A model generated the notes under the pieces. It was given only the letters and a program-made list of their open reading frames with translations. It did not search any database and had not been told where the DNA came from. Both the position numbers and the translations under genes were made by a program. Shown here piece after piece: positions 29,771-39,540 of a stretch of DNA of 64,000 nucleotides (position 1 is its first letter; every line of letters begins with the position of its first letter). The stretch covers positions 64,001 to 128,000 of the forward strand of contig CAWGPQ010000011.1 in NCBI GenBank assembly GCA_963824495.1, written 5' to 3'. This DNA is from an uncultured bacterium (GTDB lineage: Bacteria; Babelota; Babeliae; Babelales; Babelaceae).

Positions 29771-30939
29771 TCATGCTGACCCTGATGGAGGTATATGGCC
29801 GGCGGCCTGAGCAAACTGGGCAATTATGTCAACTATCTCAGGGGGAAGGGTAGCGCCCGTAGGCTGCCATGCAAACTCTCCGACTCGACCTGCTCGTGAC
29901 ACTCTACCAAACACAGCACGACCTGCTTCTCTTGCTAATAAGTCAACAATAGCAGAACGATGGTATTGCCGGGCGAGAGCTAGAGGAGTCTGACCTTGTC
30001 GGTTAACAATAGTAGCATTAGCACCACGTGCAAGTAAGAGTCTAACGGTACTCAAGTTGCCATTACGAGCTGCTAAGTGTAACGGTGTATTACCCTCTGC
30101 ATTTTGTGGGTTAATATTTGCACCAAAATCAAGTAATAGTTTTACGATATCGTTATATCCTTGAGCAGCAGCCCAATGTAACGCTGTCATACCATGACTA
30201 TCTGGATGGTTAATGTTAATTTGAGGGGGTATCATTGGGGGCAGTATGGCACAAGAAGCAAGCAGTTTACGCAATTGAGCAATCAATGGCTCTGCTTGAG
30301 TTGGAGTGGAAAGTAATACTACCACGCGCTTGGCATCGCCCCGGGCTGCTGCATAAGCAAGCTCATTGCCTTCAAATACAGCACTTAAAGCTTGCCTGGT
30401 CCGCTGTAGAGCCGCAGGAAAGTCAGGAACCCCTTGAGCAAATCTTTGAAGATCTCCTTCAGTGGGTATTCTTGCCCCATGCTCCATAAGCAACATCACT
30501 ATATCTTCATGTCCACGTCTAGCTGCCCAAATAAGAGCAGTATCGCCATGTATATTAGCACGATTAACATCGGCTACACGCCCTATAAGCAGTCTAACTG
30601 CCTTTGTATTGTCAATTTGAGCTGCTAATATAAGAGCAGTATTGCCATAATTATTAGCACAATTAACATCAGCACCATGCTCTAGAAGCAATCTAACTAT
30701 ATCTATATGCCTACCCCAAGCCATCCGGCTGAGAGCAGTATTGCCATTGCTGCCAGCATAATTAATATCAGCGCCAGCTTTAAGGGCAGCTTCAACTTCT
30801 TCAGCATTTCCATCATAGGCTGCATTTATCAATTCTTCGTTGGCAGGTTTGCTGGTCCTTGTACGTGCATACACTCTAAGAGCAGAACATTAGATAACGA
30901 CAAGCCAATCATGAGTAATTTTATAGCAACTTTAATCAC
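29771..30939 (-). pseudogene. ANK-9: family member with 1-nt frameshift (real or assembly error)
   Basis: GTG start at 30939; GG at 30846-30847 where paralogs have GGG; otherwise intact. Confidence 0.8.
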
Positions 30940-31129
30940 AGTATAATTCTTTGCATTAGGTTTTTATATTTCTATTTTTGATTATATCAAAAGTCAAGTA
31001 AGATAATTAATACTTTTGATTGATGGTTTGGGCGCAACTGCTCTCCACAATCATATTAAATTATATTTCTCTATTGGTATAAAATTGGAGATCAGGAGAA
31101 ACGACGCTCGCCCTAAGGTCAATTCATAA

Positions 31130-31495
31130 TCATATGCATTCACTCGTGCCCGTAGGATATTTTACCGTAATACCCTCTTTAGGGTCGCTGTTAATGAGAA
31201 GCGTTTGATCACCGGATCGGCTACACAGTGGTTTAGTATAATCTCTATTGTTTGTGATGTCTTTTACTTTTAAACCTGCTATAGCCCATTTATCACCCAG
31301 AGAAAAATGGATAGAATCCTGAGGATTAATCGTTCCAATAACTGCCGGGTTATTGTAATCAGTATAAAAAAATTTGTCTAAACCTACTTGGACCTTTAGC
31401 TGATTATCGGTTTGATTTTTTATCAGGTAATTGTAGCCAAAGGCAGGTAGTGGCAAAAAAGAAGCTACGGTTATAATGGTCAGCATATATTTCAT
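31130..31495 (-). CDS. Small secreted protein
   Basis: GAGGAG RBS, signal peptide, YLIKNQT; decayed paralog at 38319-38500. Confidence 0.75.
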   Translation of the reverse strand: MKYMLTIITVASFLPLPAFGYNYLIKNQTDNQLKVQVGLDKFFYTDYNNPAVIGTINPQDSIHFSLGDKWAIAGLKVKDITNNRDYTKPLCSRSGDQTLLINSDPKEGITVKYPTGTSECI

Positions 31496-31717
31496 GCTAT
31501 AGTCTCCTCGTGCTAAGTTTTAAGCTTAGCATTCTAGTCAGTAGCCTGGTTAATAGTCTATATCTTTATTAAGATACTATAATTTAATTCCTAAAGTAAA
31601 CATATTGCTAAATTTTTCTAATATTTAATAACAGTCTGTTAAGAAAATTATTGAAAAACTTTGCTAGTAGATGTTATTATTAGTTATTATAAATTCTTAA
31701 TTATTATTTAATAATGA

Positions 31718-32188
31718 GTGTTGATGGAAGTAAATAGCTTTATTATCTTTGTACCCTTATTTTCCATAAACAGTTTGATATTTATCAAGACTGATATGGG
31801 TGATATTGAAAGCAAACTACGTCATGCTGGTCAGGAAATTGAACAGACAGCTACTCAAGCTGGACATTTTATTGGTAGATTATTCAGCTGTCCTGAAGGT
31901 CGGATCTATTGTTTCAAGAATGGTTACCCTCAAGATGAATCAATGCTTAAAAAAATGGGCACAAGTGCTGTGTGCAATCCTCATAAAACCATTTGTGCTC
32001 AAGGGCCCCAATGTAGCATTCAAAAATGCCCGAATGCCTTACAGCAAGCATTAGCTGCGTGTCCTCAAGGAGGCTATTATGAGCCTTTTTCACTTTTTGA
32101 GGGCAACGCCTTTAATAGCAAAGGCTGGAAAAATACGACAATTAGTCTTAATGAGACGCTTATCCCCCCTGGCGATTGTAATACATAA
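31718..32188 (+). CDS. Cys-rich hypothetical protein
   Basis: 156-aa ORF, hydrophobic N-terminus, multiple Cys. Confidence 0.55.
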   Translation: MLMEVNSFIIFVPLFSINSLIFIKTDMGDIESKLRHAGQEIEQTATQAGHFIGRLFSCPEGRIYCFKNGYPQDESMLKKMGTSAVCNPHKTICAQGPQCSIQKCPNALQQALAACPQGGYYEPFSLFEGNAFNSKGWKNTTISLNETLIPPGDCNT

Positions 32189-32289
32189 GGATTTTTAATA
32201 AAGATTAAAATTCTTGACTTATTTATTTGTTTTTTCCATTATAAATATATACAGGTGGCAACTTGCAAATAATTAAAAAGGAATTTCCC

Positions 32290-32613
32290 ATGAAAAATCT
32301 GATGAAGTTATCGATAAAGGCTTTAGCCGGTGTAATGCTTTTTTTAACGGGTGTGCCATCTATACATGCAGGGGTTTGTTATTGTGAAATTGCAGAAGGC
32401 TCTTATCATAACTACAATAGCGCTAATACAGATAATTTGGAAGAATGTATAAATAAATGCCAAAGAGAATTCGCTGAAGATCGCAATAGATATAGTTATG
32501 TTTATGATTCCAAACGAGCAGATCATGAACCATTAATCGCTGGCAATATCCCAGGCGCTCCAGCATTACCAGGTGACGCGCTTAAGCGTTTTGAAGATGT
32601 TAAAAGAGGGTAA
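32290..32613 (+). CDS. Small secreted Cys-containing protein
   Basis: AAGGA RBS before MKNLMK; signal ending IHA; CYC and CINKC. Confidence 0.7.
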   Translation: MKNLMKLSIKALAGVMLFLTGVPSIHAGVCYCEIAEGSYHNYNSANTDNLEECINKCQREFAEDRNRYSYVYDSKRADHEPLIAGNIPGAPALPGDALKRFEDVKRG

Positions 32614-32733
32614 CAGGGCCTAATAACTATCGCGATAGTTATTGCAATCATACGGAAACCAGCATACAATATTACCTCTTTATGAAATAATTAAAAATAG
32701 AGATAATAACTAATAAATAGAAATAGTTAGATT

Positions 32734-34001
32734 GTGATTAAAATTATTACAAAATTACTGCTGATTGGCTTATTGCTAGGTAGTGCTCTTTCATTAGAAT
32801 CTATGGAACTACAAGGACTAGCAAATCCTGCTAATGAAGAATTAATAGGTGCAGTCAAAAAAAGCAATCTTGCAGCAGTTGAAGCTGCCCTTAAAGCTGG
32901 TGCCAATATCAATTATGCTGATGAGCTTGACTGGACAGCTCTCACATATGCAGCTAGAAGGGATACAGATATAGTTAGAATACTTATAGATGCTGGTGCT
33001 GATGTTAATTGTGCCGATGTTCATGGCAATAGTGCTCTTATGTGGGCGACTAACGCTGGACATATAGATATAGTTAGACTGCTTCTAGAGCAGGGTGCTG
33101 ATGTTAATCATGCTGATAATAATGGCAATACTGCTCTTATATGGGCAGCTAGACATGGACATGAAGATATAGCTAGAATGCTTATAGGGCACGGAGCTGA
33201 TATTAACCATACCGATAATAATGGCGATACTGCTCTTATGTGGCAACTGAACATATAGATACAGCTAAAATGCTTATAGGGGCTGGTGCTGAAGTTAATC
33301 GTGCTAATAAAGCTGGCAATACTGCTCTCATATACGCAGCCGGCGAGGGGTATACAGAGATAGTTAGACTACTTATAGAGCACGGAGCCACAATACCAAC
33401 TAAAGAAGAGCTTCAAAGATTTGCTCTGCAACTACACGCAAGGCAAGCTTTAAGTGCTATATTTGAGGGCAACCCACTCGCTTATGCAGCAGCGCGAGGC
33501 GATACTAAGCGTGTGGTAGGACTACTGTCTACTTTACCCAAAGCTCAACCACTTACTATTAACCATCAAGATACACATGGCGTAACAGCGTTACATTGGG
33601 CTGCTGCTCAAGGATATAACGATATAATAAAACTATTACTTGATCTTGGTGCAAATGTTAACCTACAAAATGCAGAGGGTAATACACCGTTACACTTAGC
33701 AGCTCGTAATGGCAACTTGAGTACCGTTAGACTCTTACTTGCACGTGGTGCTAACGCTACTGTTGTTAACCGACAAGGTCAGACTGCTTTGGCTCTTGCC
33801 TATAGGTATCATCATCCTAATGTTGTCGCTTTCTTAGAAGCACAAGCAGGTCGGGCTGTGTTTGGTAGAGTGTCACGAGCAGGTCGAGTTGGAGACTTTG
33901 CATGGCAGCCTACAGGCGCTACCCTTCCCCCTGAGGTAGTTGATATAATTGCCCAGTTTGCACAGGCCCCCGGCCATATACCTCCATCAGGGTCAGCATG
34001 A
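32734..34001 (+). pseudogene. ANK-10: family member with 1-nt frameshift (real or assembly error)
   Basis: ORFs 32734-33258 and 33240-34001 join if TGG at 33241-33243 were TGGG (consensus TGG GCA). Confidence 0.8.
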
Positions 34002-34173
34002 GAGTAACCTATACTGTAAGTTATTGGCAAGGTTAAGCAGCTTAAGCAAACAGTGCTCAAAAGTGTGTCCCAAAGCATGCAGAGTTAAAAATTATTAAAG
34101 TATTGGCTATATTGCTTGGCTTTTGATATAATCAAAAATAGAAATATAAGATCTTAATGAAAAGAATTATAGT
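34002..34173 (+). repeat. Spacer U1, slightly diverged
   Basis: Matches other U1 copies with several substitutions. Confidence 0.88.
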
Positions 34174-35247
34174 ATGATTAAAGTTGCTATAAAATTACTC
34201 ATGATTGGCTTGTCGTTATCTAATGTTCTGCTCTTAGAGTGTATGCACGTACAAGGACCAGCAAACCCTGCCAACCAAGAATTGATAAATGCAGCCTATA
34301 ATGGAAATGCTGAAGAAGTTGAAGCTGCACTCAATGCTGGTGCCAATATCAATTATGCTGACAGTAATGGTTGGACAGCTCTTATGATGGCAGCTCTTTA
34401 TGGACATATAGATATAGTTAGATTGCTTATAGATGCTGGTGCTCATGTTAATTGTGCCAATAATTATGGCAATAGTGCTCTTATGTGGGCAGCTTTATAT
34501 GGCCACACAGAGATAGTTAGACTGCTTCTAGAGCAGGGTGCTGATGTTAATCATGCTGATAATTATGGCAATAGTGCTCTTATATGGGCAGCTAGACATG
34601 GACATGAAGATATAGCTAGAATGCTTATGGGGCATGGGGCAAGAATGCCCACTGAAGGAGATCTTCAAAAATTTGCTCTGCAAGTACGGCAAGCTTTAAG
34701 TGCTATATTTGAAAGCAATGAGCTTGCTTATGCAGCAGCGCGAGGCGATACTAAGCGTGTGGTAGGACTACTGTCTACTTTACCCAAAGCTCAACCACTT
34801 ACTATTAACCATCAAGATACACATGGCGTAACAGCGTTACATTGGGCTGCTGCTCAAGGATATAACGATATCGTAAAACTATTACTTGATCTTGGTGCAA
34901 ATATTAACCTACAAAATGCAGAGGGTAATACACCGTTACATTTAGCAGCTCGCAACGGTAATTTAACTACCGTTAGGCTCTTACTTGCACGTGGTGCTAA
35001 TGCTACTATTGTTAACCGACAAGGTCAGACTCCTCTAGCTCTCGCCCGGCGATACCATCGTTCTGCTATTGTTGACTTATTAGCAAGAGAAGCTGGTCGT
35101 GCTGTGTTTGGTAGAGTATCACGAGCAGGTCGAGTCGGAGAGTTTGCATGGCAGCCTACAGGCGCTACCCTTCCCCCTGAGATAGCTGACATAATTGCCC
35201 AGTTTGCTCAGGCCGCCGGCCATATACCTCCATCAGGGTCACGCTAG
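34174..35247 (+). CDS. ANK-11: secreted ankyrin protein
   Basis: Family architecture; short linker; tail LPPEIADIIAQF. Confidence 0.92.
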   Translation: MIKVAIKLLMIGLSLSNVLLLECMHVQGPANPANQELINAAYNGNAEEVEAALNAGANINYADSNGWTALMMAALYGHIDIVRLLIDAGAHVNCANNYGNSALMWAALYGHTEIVRLLLEQGADVNHADNYGNSALIWAARHGHEDIARMLMGHGARMPTEGDLQKFALQVRQALSAIFESNELAYAAARGDTKRVVGLLSTLPKAQPLTINHQDTHGVTALHWAAAQGYNDIVKLLLDLGANINLQNAEGNTPLHLAARNGNLTTVRLLLARGANATIVNRQGQTPLALARRYHRSAIVDLLAREAGRAVFGRVSRAGRVGEFAWQPTGATLPPEIADIIAQFAQAAGHIPPSGSR

Positions 35248-35627
35248 TAAGTTTCTTGGCTTATTAGCACAAGTATGTTTCGGTAGTAAGAAAAAATGAT
35301 TAATTACGTCTTGCTCAATTAAAGCTTTTATACATAGACAAGAGATATTTGCAAGACATACATGTTGTATCCTGTAATTGTTTAACTTTATCATGAATTG
35401 TCTTTCTTATTTGGCCAGGTTGATTCGGCCTGCAGCCCATCCGAGCGTCAAATAAGATTCAATCAGCACAGGCGATTGCCCGAAAACTCAGCAGCTTTTT
35501 TAGCTCGACTATAAAGCTTTATCATCTTGTGGGGTAATTTTTTGCATTTTATTTCTTGACTATCTTGCTATATTTATGCAATAATTAAAAATAAAGTTAA
35601 TAGCTAATAAATAGAAATGGGCAGACT
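35248..35627 (+). repeat. Spacer U2 with promoter
   Basis: TTGACT 35556-35561, 18-nt spacer, TGn-AATAAT 35580-35585. Confidence 0.9.
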
Positions 35628-36682
35628 GTGATTAAAAATATTACAAGATTACTCCTGATTGGCCTATCATTATCTCACGCTATGTCCTTAGAGTCTATGC
35701 AAGTCCAAGAGCCAACTAATCCCGCCAGCTTTAAATTACGAAGAGCAGTCGCAGCTGGCGACCCCCAAGCAGTAGAAGCTGCACTCAATGCTGGTGCCAA
35801 TATCAATTATGCTGACAGTAATGGTTGGACAGCTCTTATGATGGCAGCTCTTTATGGACATATAGATATAGTTAGATTGCTTATAGATGCTGGTGCTCAT
35901 GTTAATTGTGCCAATAATTATGGCAATAGTGCTCTCATATATGCAGCCGGCGAGGGGTATACAGAGATAGTTAGACTACTTATAGAGCACGGAGCCACAA
36001 TACCAACTAAAGAAGAGCTTCAAAGATTTGCTCTGCAACTACACGCAAGGCAAGCTTTAAGTGCTGTATTTGAAGGCAACGAGCTTGCTTATGCAGCGGC
36101 CCGGGGAGATACTAAGCACGTGGTAGAATTACTTTCCACTCTACCGCAAGCAGAGCCATTGCTTGCTCAGTTGCGTAAGCTGCTTGCTTCTTATGCCATA
36201 CTGCCCCCAATGATACCCCCTCAAATTAACATTAACCATCAAGATAGTCATGGTATGACAGCATTACATTGGGCTGCTGCTCAAGGACATAACAATATAG
36301 TAAAACTATTACTTGATTTTGGTGCAAATGTTAACCTACAAAATGCAGAGGGTAATACACCGTTACACTTAGCAGCTCGCAACGGCAACCTGAGTGTGGT
36401 TAAACTTTTGCTTGCGCGTGGCGCTAATGCTACTGTTGTTAACCGACAAGGTCAGACTGCTTTGGCTCTTGCCTATAGGTATCATCATCCTAATGTTGTC
36501 GCTTTCTTAGAAGCACAAGCAGGTCGTGCTGTGTTTGGTAGAGTGTCACGAGCAGGTCGAGCAGGAGAGTTTGCATGGCAGCCTACACCCACCGGCGCTA
36601 CCCTCCCCCCGAGATAGCTGACATAATTGCCCAGTTTGCTCAGGCCCCGGGCCATATGCCTCCATCAGGGTCATCTTCTTAA
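35628..36682 (+). CDS. ANK-12: family member; C6 tract ends the ORF at 36617 inside the F-box-like motif
   Basis: C6 at 36605-36610 vs C7 in ANK-7 and ANK-13; homologous stop at 36680-36682. Confidence 0.82.
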
Positions 36683-37060
36683 GTTTCTTGAGCTTATAAG
36701 TACGAGTATGTTTCGGTAGCAAGAAAAAATGATTAATTACGTCTTGCTCAATTAAAGCTTTTATACATAGACAAGAGATATTTGCAAGACATACATGTTG
36801 TATCCTGTAATTGTTTAACTTTATCATGAATTGTCTTTCTTATTTGGCCAGGTTGATTCGGCCCGCAGCCCATTCGAGCGTCAAATAAGATTCAATCAGC
36901 ACAGGCGATTGCCCGAAAACTCAGCAGCTTTTTTAGCTCGACTATAAAGCTTTATCATCTTGTGGGGTAATTTTTTGCATTTTATTTCTTGACTATCTTG
37001 CTATATTTATGCAATAATTAAAAATAAAGTTAATAGCTAATAAATAGAAATGGGCAGACT
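36683..37060 (+). repeat. Spacer U2
   Basis: Near-identical to 35248-35627. Confidence 0.9.
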
Positions 37061-38230
37061 GTGATTAAAAATATTACAAGATTACTCCTGATTGGCCTAT
37101 CATTATCTCACGCTATGTCCTTAGAGTCTATGCAAGTCCAAGAGCCAACTAATCCCGCCAGCTTTAAATTACGAAGAGCAGTCGAAGCTGGCGACCCCCA
37201 AGCAGTAGAAGCTGCACTCAATGCTGGTGCCAATATCAATTATGCTGACAGTAATGGTTGGACAGCTCTTATGATGGCAGCTCTTCATGGACATATAGAT
37301 ATAGTTAGATTGCTTATAGATGCTGGTGCTCATGTTAATTGTGCCAATAATTATGACAATAGTGCTCTTATGTGGGCAGCTTTATATGGCCACACAGAGA
37401 TAGTTAGACTGCTTCTAGAGCAGGGTGCTGATGTTAATCGTGCTAATAATTATGGCGATACTGCTCTTATATGGGCAGCTAGACATGGACATGAAGATAT
37501 AGCTAGAATGCTTATGGGGCATGGGGCAAGAATGCCCACTGAAGGAGATCTTCAAAGATTTGCTCTGCAAGTACGGCTAGCTTTAAGTGCTGTATTTGAA
37601 GGCAATGAGCTTGCTTATGCGGCCGCCCGGGGCGATACCAAGCGCGTGGTAGTATTACTTTCCACTCCAACTCAAGCTCAACCACAATCACCTCAGACCA
37701 AATCGTTGATTGCTCAATTGCGTAAACTGCTTGCTTCTTATGCCATACTGCCCCCAATGATACCCCCTCAAATTAACATTAACCATCCAGATAGTCATGG
37801 CATGACAGCGTTACATTGGGCTGCTGCTCAAGGATATAACGATATAATAAAACTATTACTTGATTTTGGTGCAAATATTAACCCACAAAATGCACAGGGT
37901 AATACACCGTTACACTTAGCAGCTCGTAATGGCAACTTGAGTACCGTTAGACTCTTACTTGCACGTGGTGCTAATGTTACTATGGTTAACCGACAGGGTC
38001 AGACTCCTCTAGCTCTCGCCCGGCAATACCATCGTTCTGCTATTGTTGACTTATTAGCAAGAGAAGCTGGTCGGGCTGTGTTTGGTAGAGTATCACGAGC
38101 AGGTCGAGCAGGAGAGTTTGCATGGCAGCCTACACCCACCGGCGCCACCCTCCCCCCCGAGATAGCTGACATAATTGCCCAGTTTGCTCAGGCCCCGGGC
38201 CATATGCCTCCATCAGGGTCAGTTTCTTAA
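37061..38230 (+). CDS. ANK-13: secreted ankyrin protein
   Basis: Family architecture; long linker; tail LPPEIADIIAQF. Confidence 0.92.
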   Translation: MIKNITRLLLIGLSLSHAMSLESMQVQEPTNPASFKLRRAVEAGDPQAVEAALNAGANINYADSNGWTALMMAALHGHIDIVRLLIDAGAHVNCANNYDNSALMWAALYGHTEIVRLLLEQGADVNRANNYGDTALIWAARHGHEDIARMLMGHGARMPTEGDLQRFALQVRLALSAVFEGNELAYAAARGDTKRVVVLLSTPTQAQPQSPQTKSLIAQLRKLLASYAILPPMIPPQININHPDSHGMTALHWAAAQGYNDIIKLLLDFGANINPQNAQGNTPLHLAARNGNLSTVRLLLARGANVTMVNRQGQTPLALARQYHRSAIVDLLAREAGRAVFGRVSRAGRAGEFAWQPTPTGATLPPEIADIIAQFAQAPGHMPPSGSVS

Positions 38231-38318
38231 ATTTAAGGATAGCTAAAGCATCAGTCATTTGAGACTATTCTAGGTTTTTCTTTTCTTTTCTTATGTCCAA
38301 TTCGCGTTAACTTGGCTA

Positions 38319-38500
38319 GGCTTAGATAAAGTTTTTCATACTGATTCAAATAACCCGCTGGCTATTGGGGTGATTAATCCTCACGATTCCATTCAGTGCT
38401 CTCTAGATGCTCGATGGATTATAGGTGGTTTAAAATTAAGAGTAGTCCTGCAGGGGGCATTATGGTAAAATATCCCACAGGCACAAGTGAATGCATATGA
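38319..38500 (+). pseudogene. Decayed paralog of 31130-31495
   Basis: GLDKVFHTDSNNPLAIGVINPHDSI..W.IGGLK, then in a shifted frame GIMVKYPTGTSECI*. Confidence 0.8.
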
Positions 38501-38628
38501 TCGTAGAATGCTGATTAGGCTAATACTCAAAGCTTACAAACTTTTTGGGGGATTGAGCTCTTTTTAAACACTCAGCCATGTAATAAGCTACTCAAGTTAT
38601 ATTCACATGCTAATTTTAGGAGATATCT

Positions 38629-38937
38629 GTGTTAATCATTTGGGGTACTAAAGTTATTGGGCGGACACTCGATAAAGGCTATTTTTATTGCCCAGCCTGT
38701 CAAACTAACCAAGAATATCATGCAAAAGAATGGCACAAGCTTTTCACGTTATTTTTTATTCCCATACTACCCATTAAACTTTTGGGAACATACATTGAGT
38801 GCACATCATGTGTTACAACGTATTATCCAGCAATTTTAAAAAACATGAATTTGATATGCATCAAAGATGGACTAATGGGCACAAAGAGCAGTCATAATCC
38901 AGGCGTTTTAGTGAAAATGCTTTTGAATGTACGATAG
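38629..38937 (+). CDS. Zinc-ribbon domain protein (zinc_ribbon_15-like)
   Basis: IIWG, FYCPAC, FTLFFIP, YIECTSC; AGGAG RBS. Confidence 0.8.
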   Translation: MLIIWGTKVIGRTLDKGYFYCPACQTNQEYHAKEWHKLFTLFFIPILPIKLLGTYIECTSCVTTYYPAILKNMNLICIKDGLMGTKSSHNPGVLVKMLLNVR

Positions 38938-39170
38938 CTATAACTTAGCGAACTGTACACCAAGAAGTAACAGAATGCTAAGGACAAAATGCCAACCACA
39001 GCGATGGTTGGTAAAGAATAGCATTCCATATCTTTGCCAATAACATCCCAAAATTTCCCTGACAGTGCTAAAATTATAGGCACAAGAAAACACAAAGATC
39101 CAAAAAGGAAAGTGGCAAGAGACCCAACAAAAGCAAGACAACGATAATAGAACAAAATCAGATACGACAT
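38892..39170 (-). CDS. Hypothetical small membrane protein
   Basis: 92 aa with two hydrophobic segments; overlaps the convergent gene. Confidence 0.4.
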   Translation of the reverse strand: MSYLILFYYRCLAFVGSLATFLFGSLCFLVPIILALSGKFWDVIGKDMECYSLPTIAVVGILSLAFCYFLVYSSLSYSYRTFKSIFTKTPGL

Positions 39171-39540
39171 ATGCTTTGCTTAATTCTTAATTCATAGTGC
39201 TTATAAGTATCATTAAGTATAATTACTGCTTATGCATTCAGCAAGTAGCCAGACCACCATTAGCGCCATCTTGTTCTGATATGATATCGAAGCCAAGACG
39301 AACGTCTTCGTTTTCACCCGTAAAATTGCTTTTTTTCAAGATAAACAGGCGCAAGATTATAGATTTTCTGGCCCTATCTATAGCTTCAACGTTTAAAAAA
39401 TAGGCAAAGCGCAACCCACGAAGCTTTAGTACCTTAGGATAAACGCCATACTCTAATTTTTCGTAGAATAAATGTAAATATTGACTATTTTTTATCTTTA
39501 TTTATAATAGTAACTATTACACAATACTATAACTGCATGG

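Noticed and set aside
7333..37060. U1/U2 as CRISPR repeats, MITEs or integron attC sites
   Set aside because: They are 172-380 bp, lack terminal inverted repeats, target duplications or an evident attC structure, and are continuous with duplicated coding ends; no cas genes.
6368..37757. Recurring short antisense or alternate-frame ORFs (MPSNTALKAC..., MSTTSCSHK..., MHGSLQV..., MIKLNNY...)
   Set aside because: Shadows of duplicated ankyrin or spacer DNA; recurrence reflects duplication, not independent coding.
5770..38230. Diversity-generating retroelement: many turn codons look like AAT with changed adenines (GAT, TAT, CAT, AGT, GTT)
   Set aside because: No reverse transcriptase or non-coding template repeat in the window; many differences are at non-A positions; block exchange explains the pattern. 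An RT elsewhere in the genome cannot be excluded.
39410..39450. AACCCACGAAGCTTTAG...GGATAAACGCC, faintly like an IS200/IS605 end
   Set aside because: The hairpin does not pair well and no tnpA/tnpB remnant was recognised nearby.
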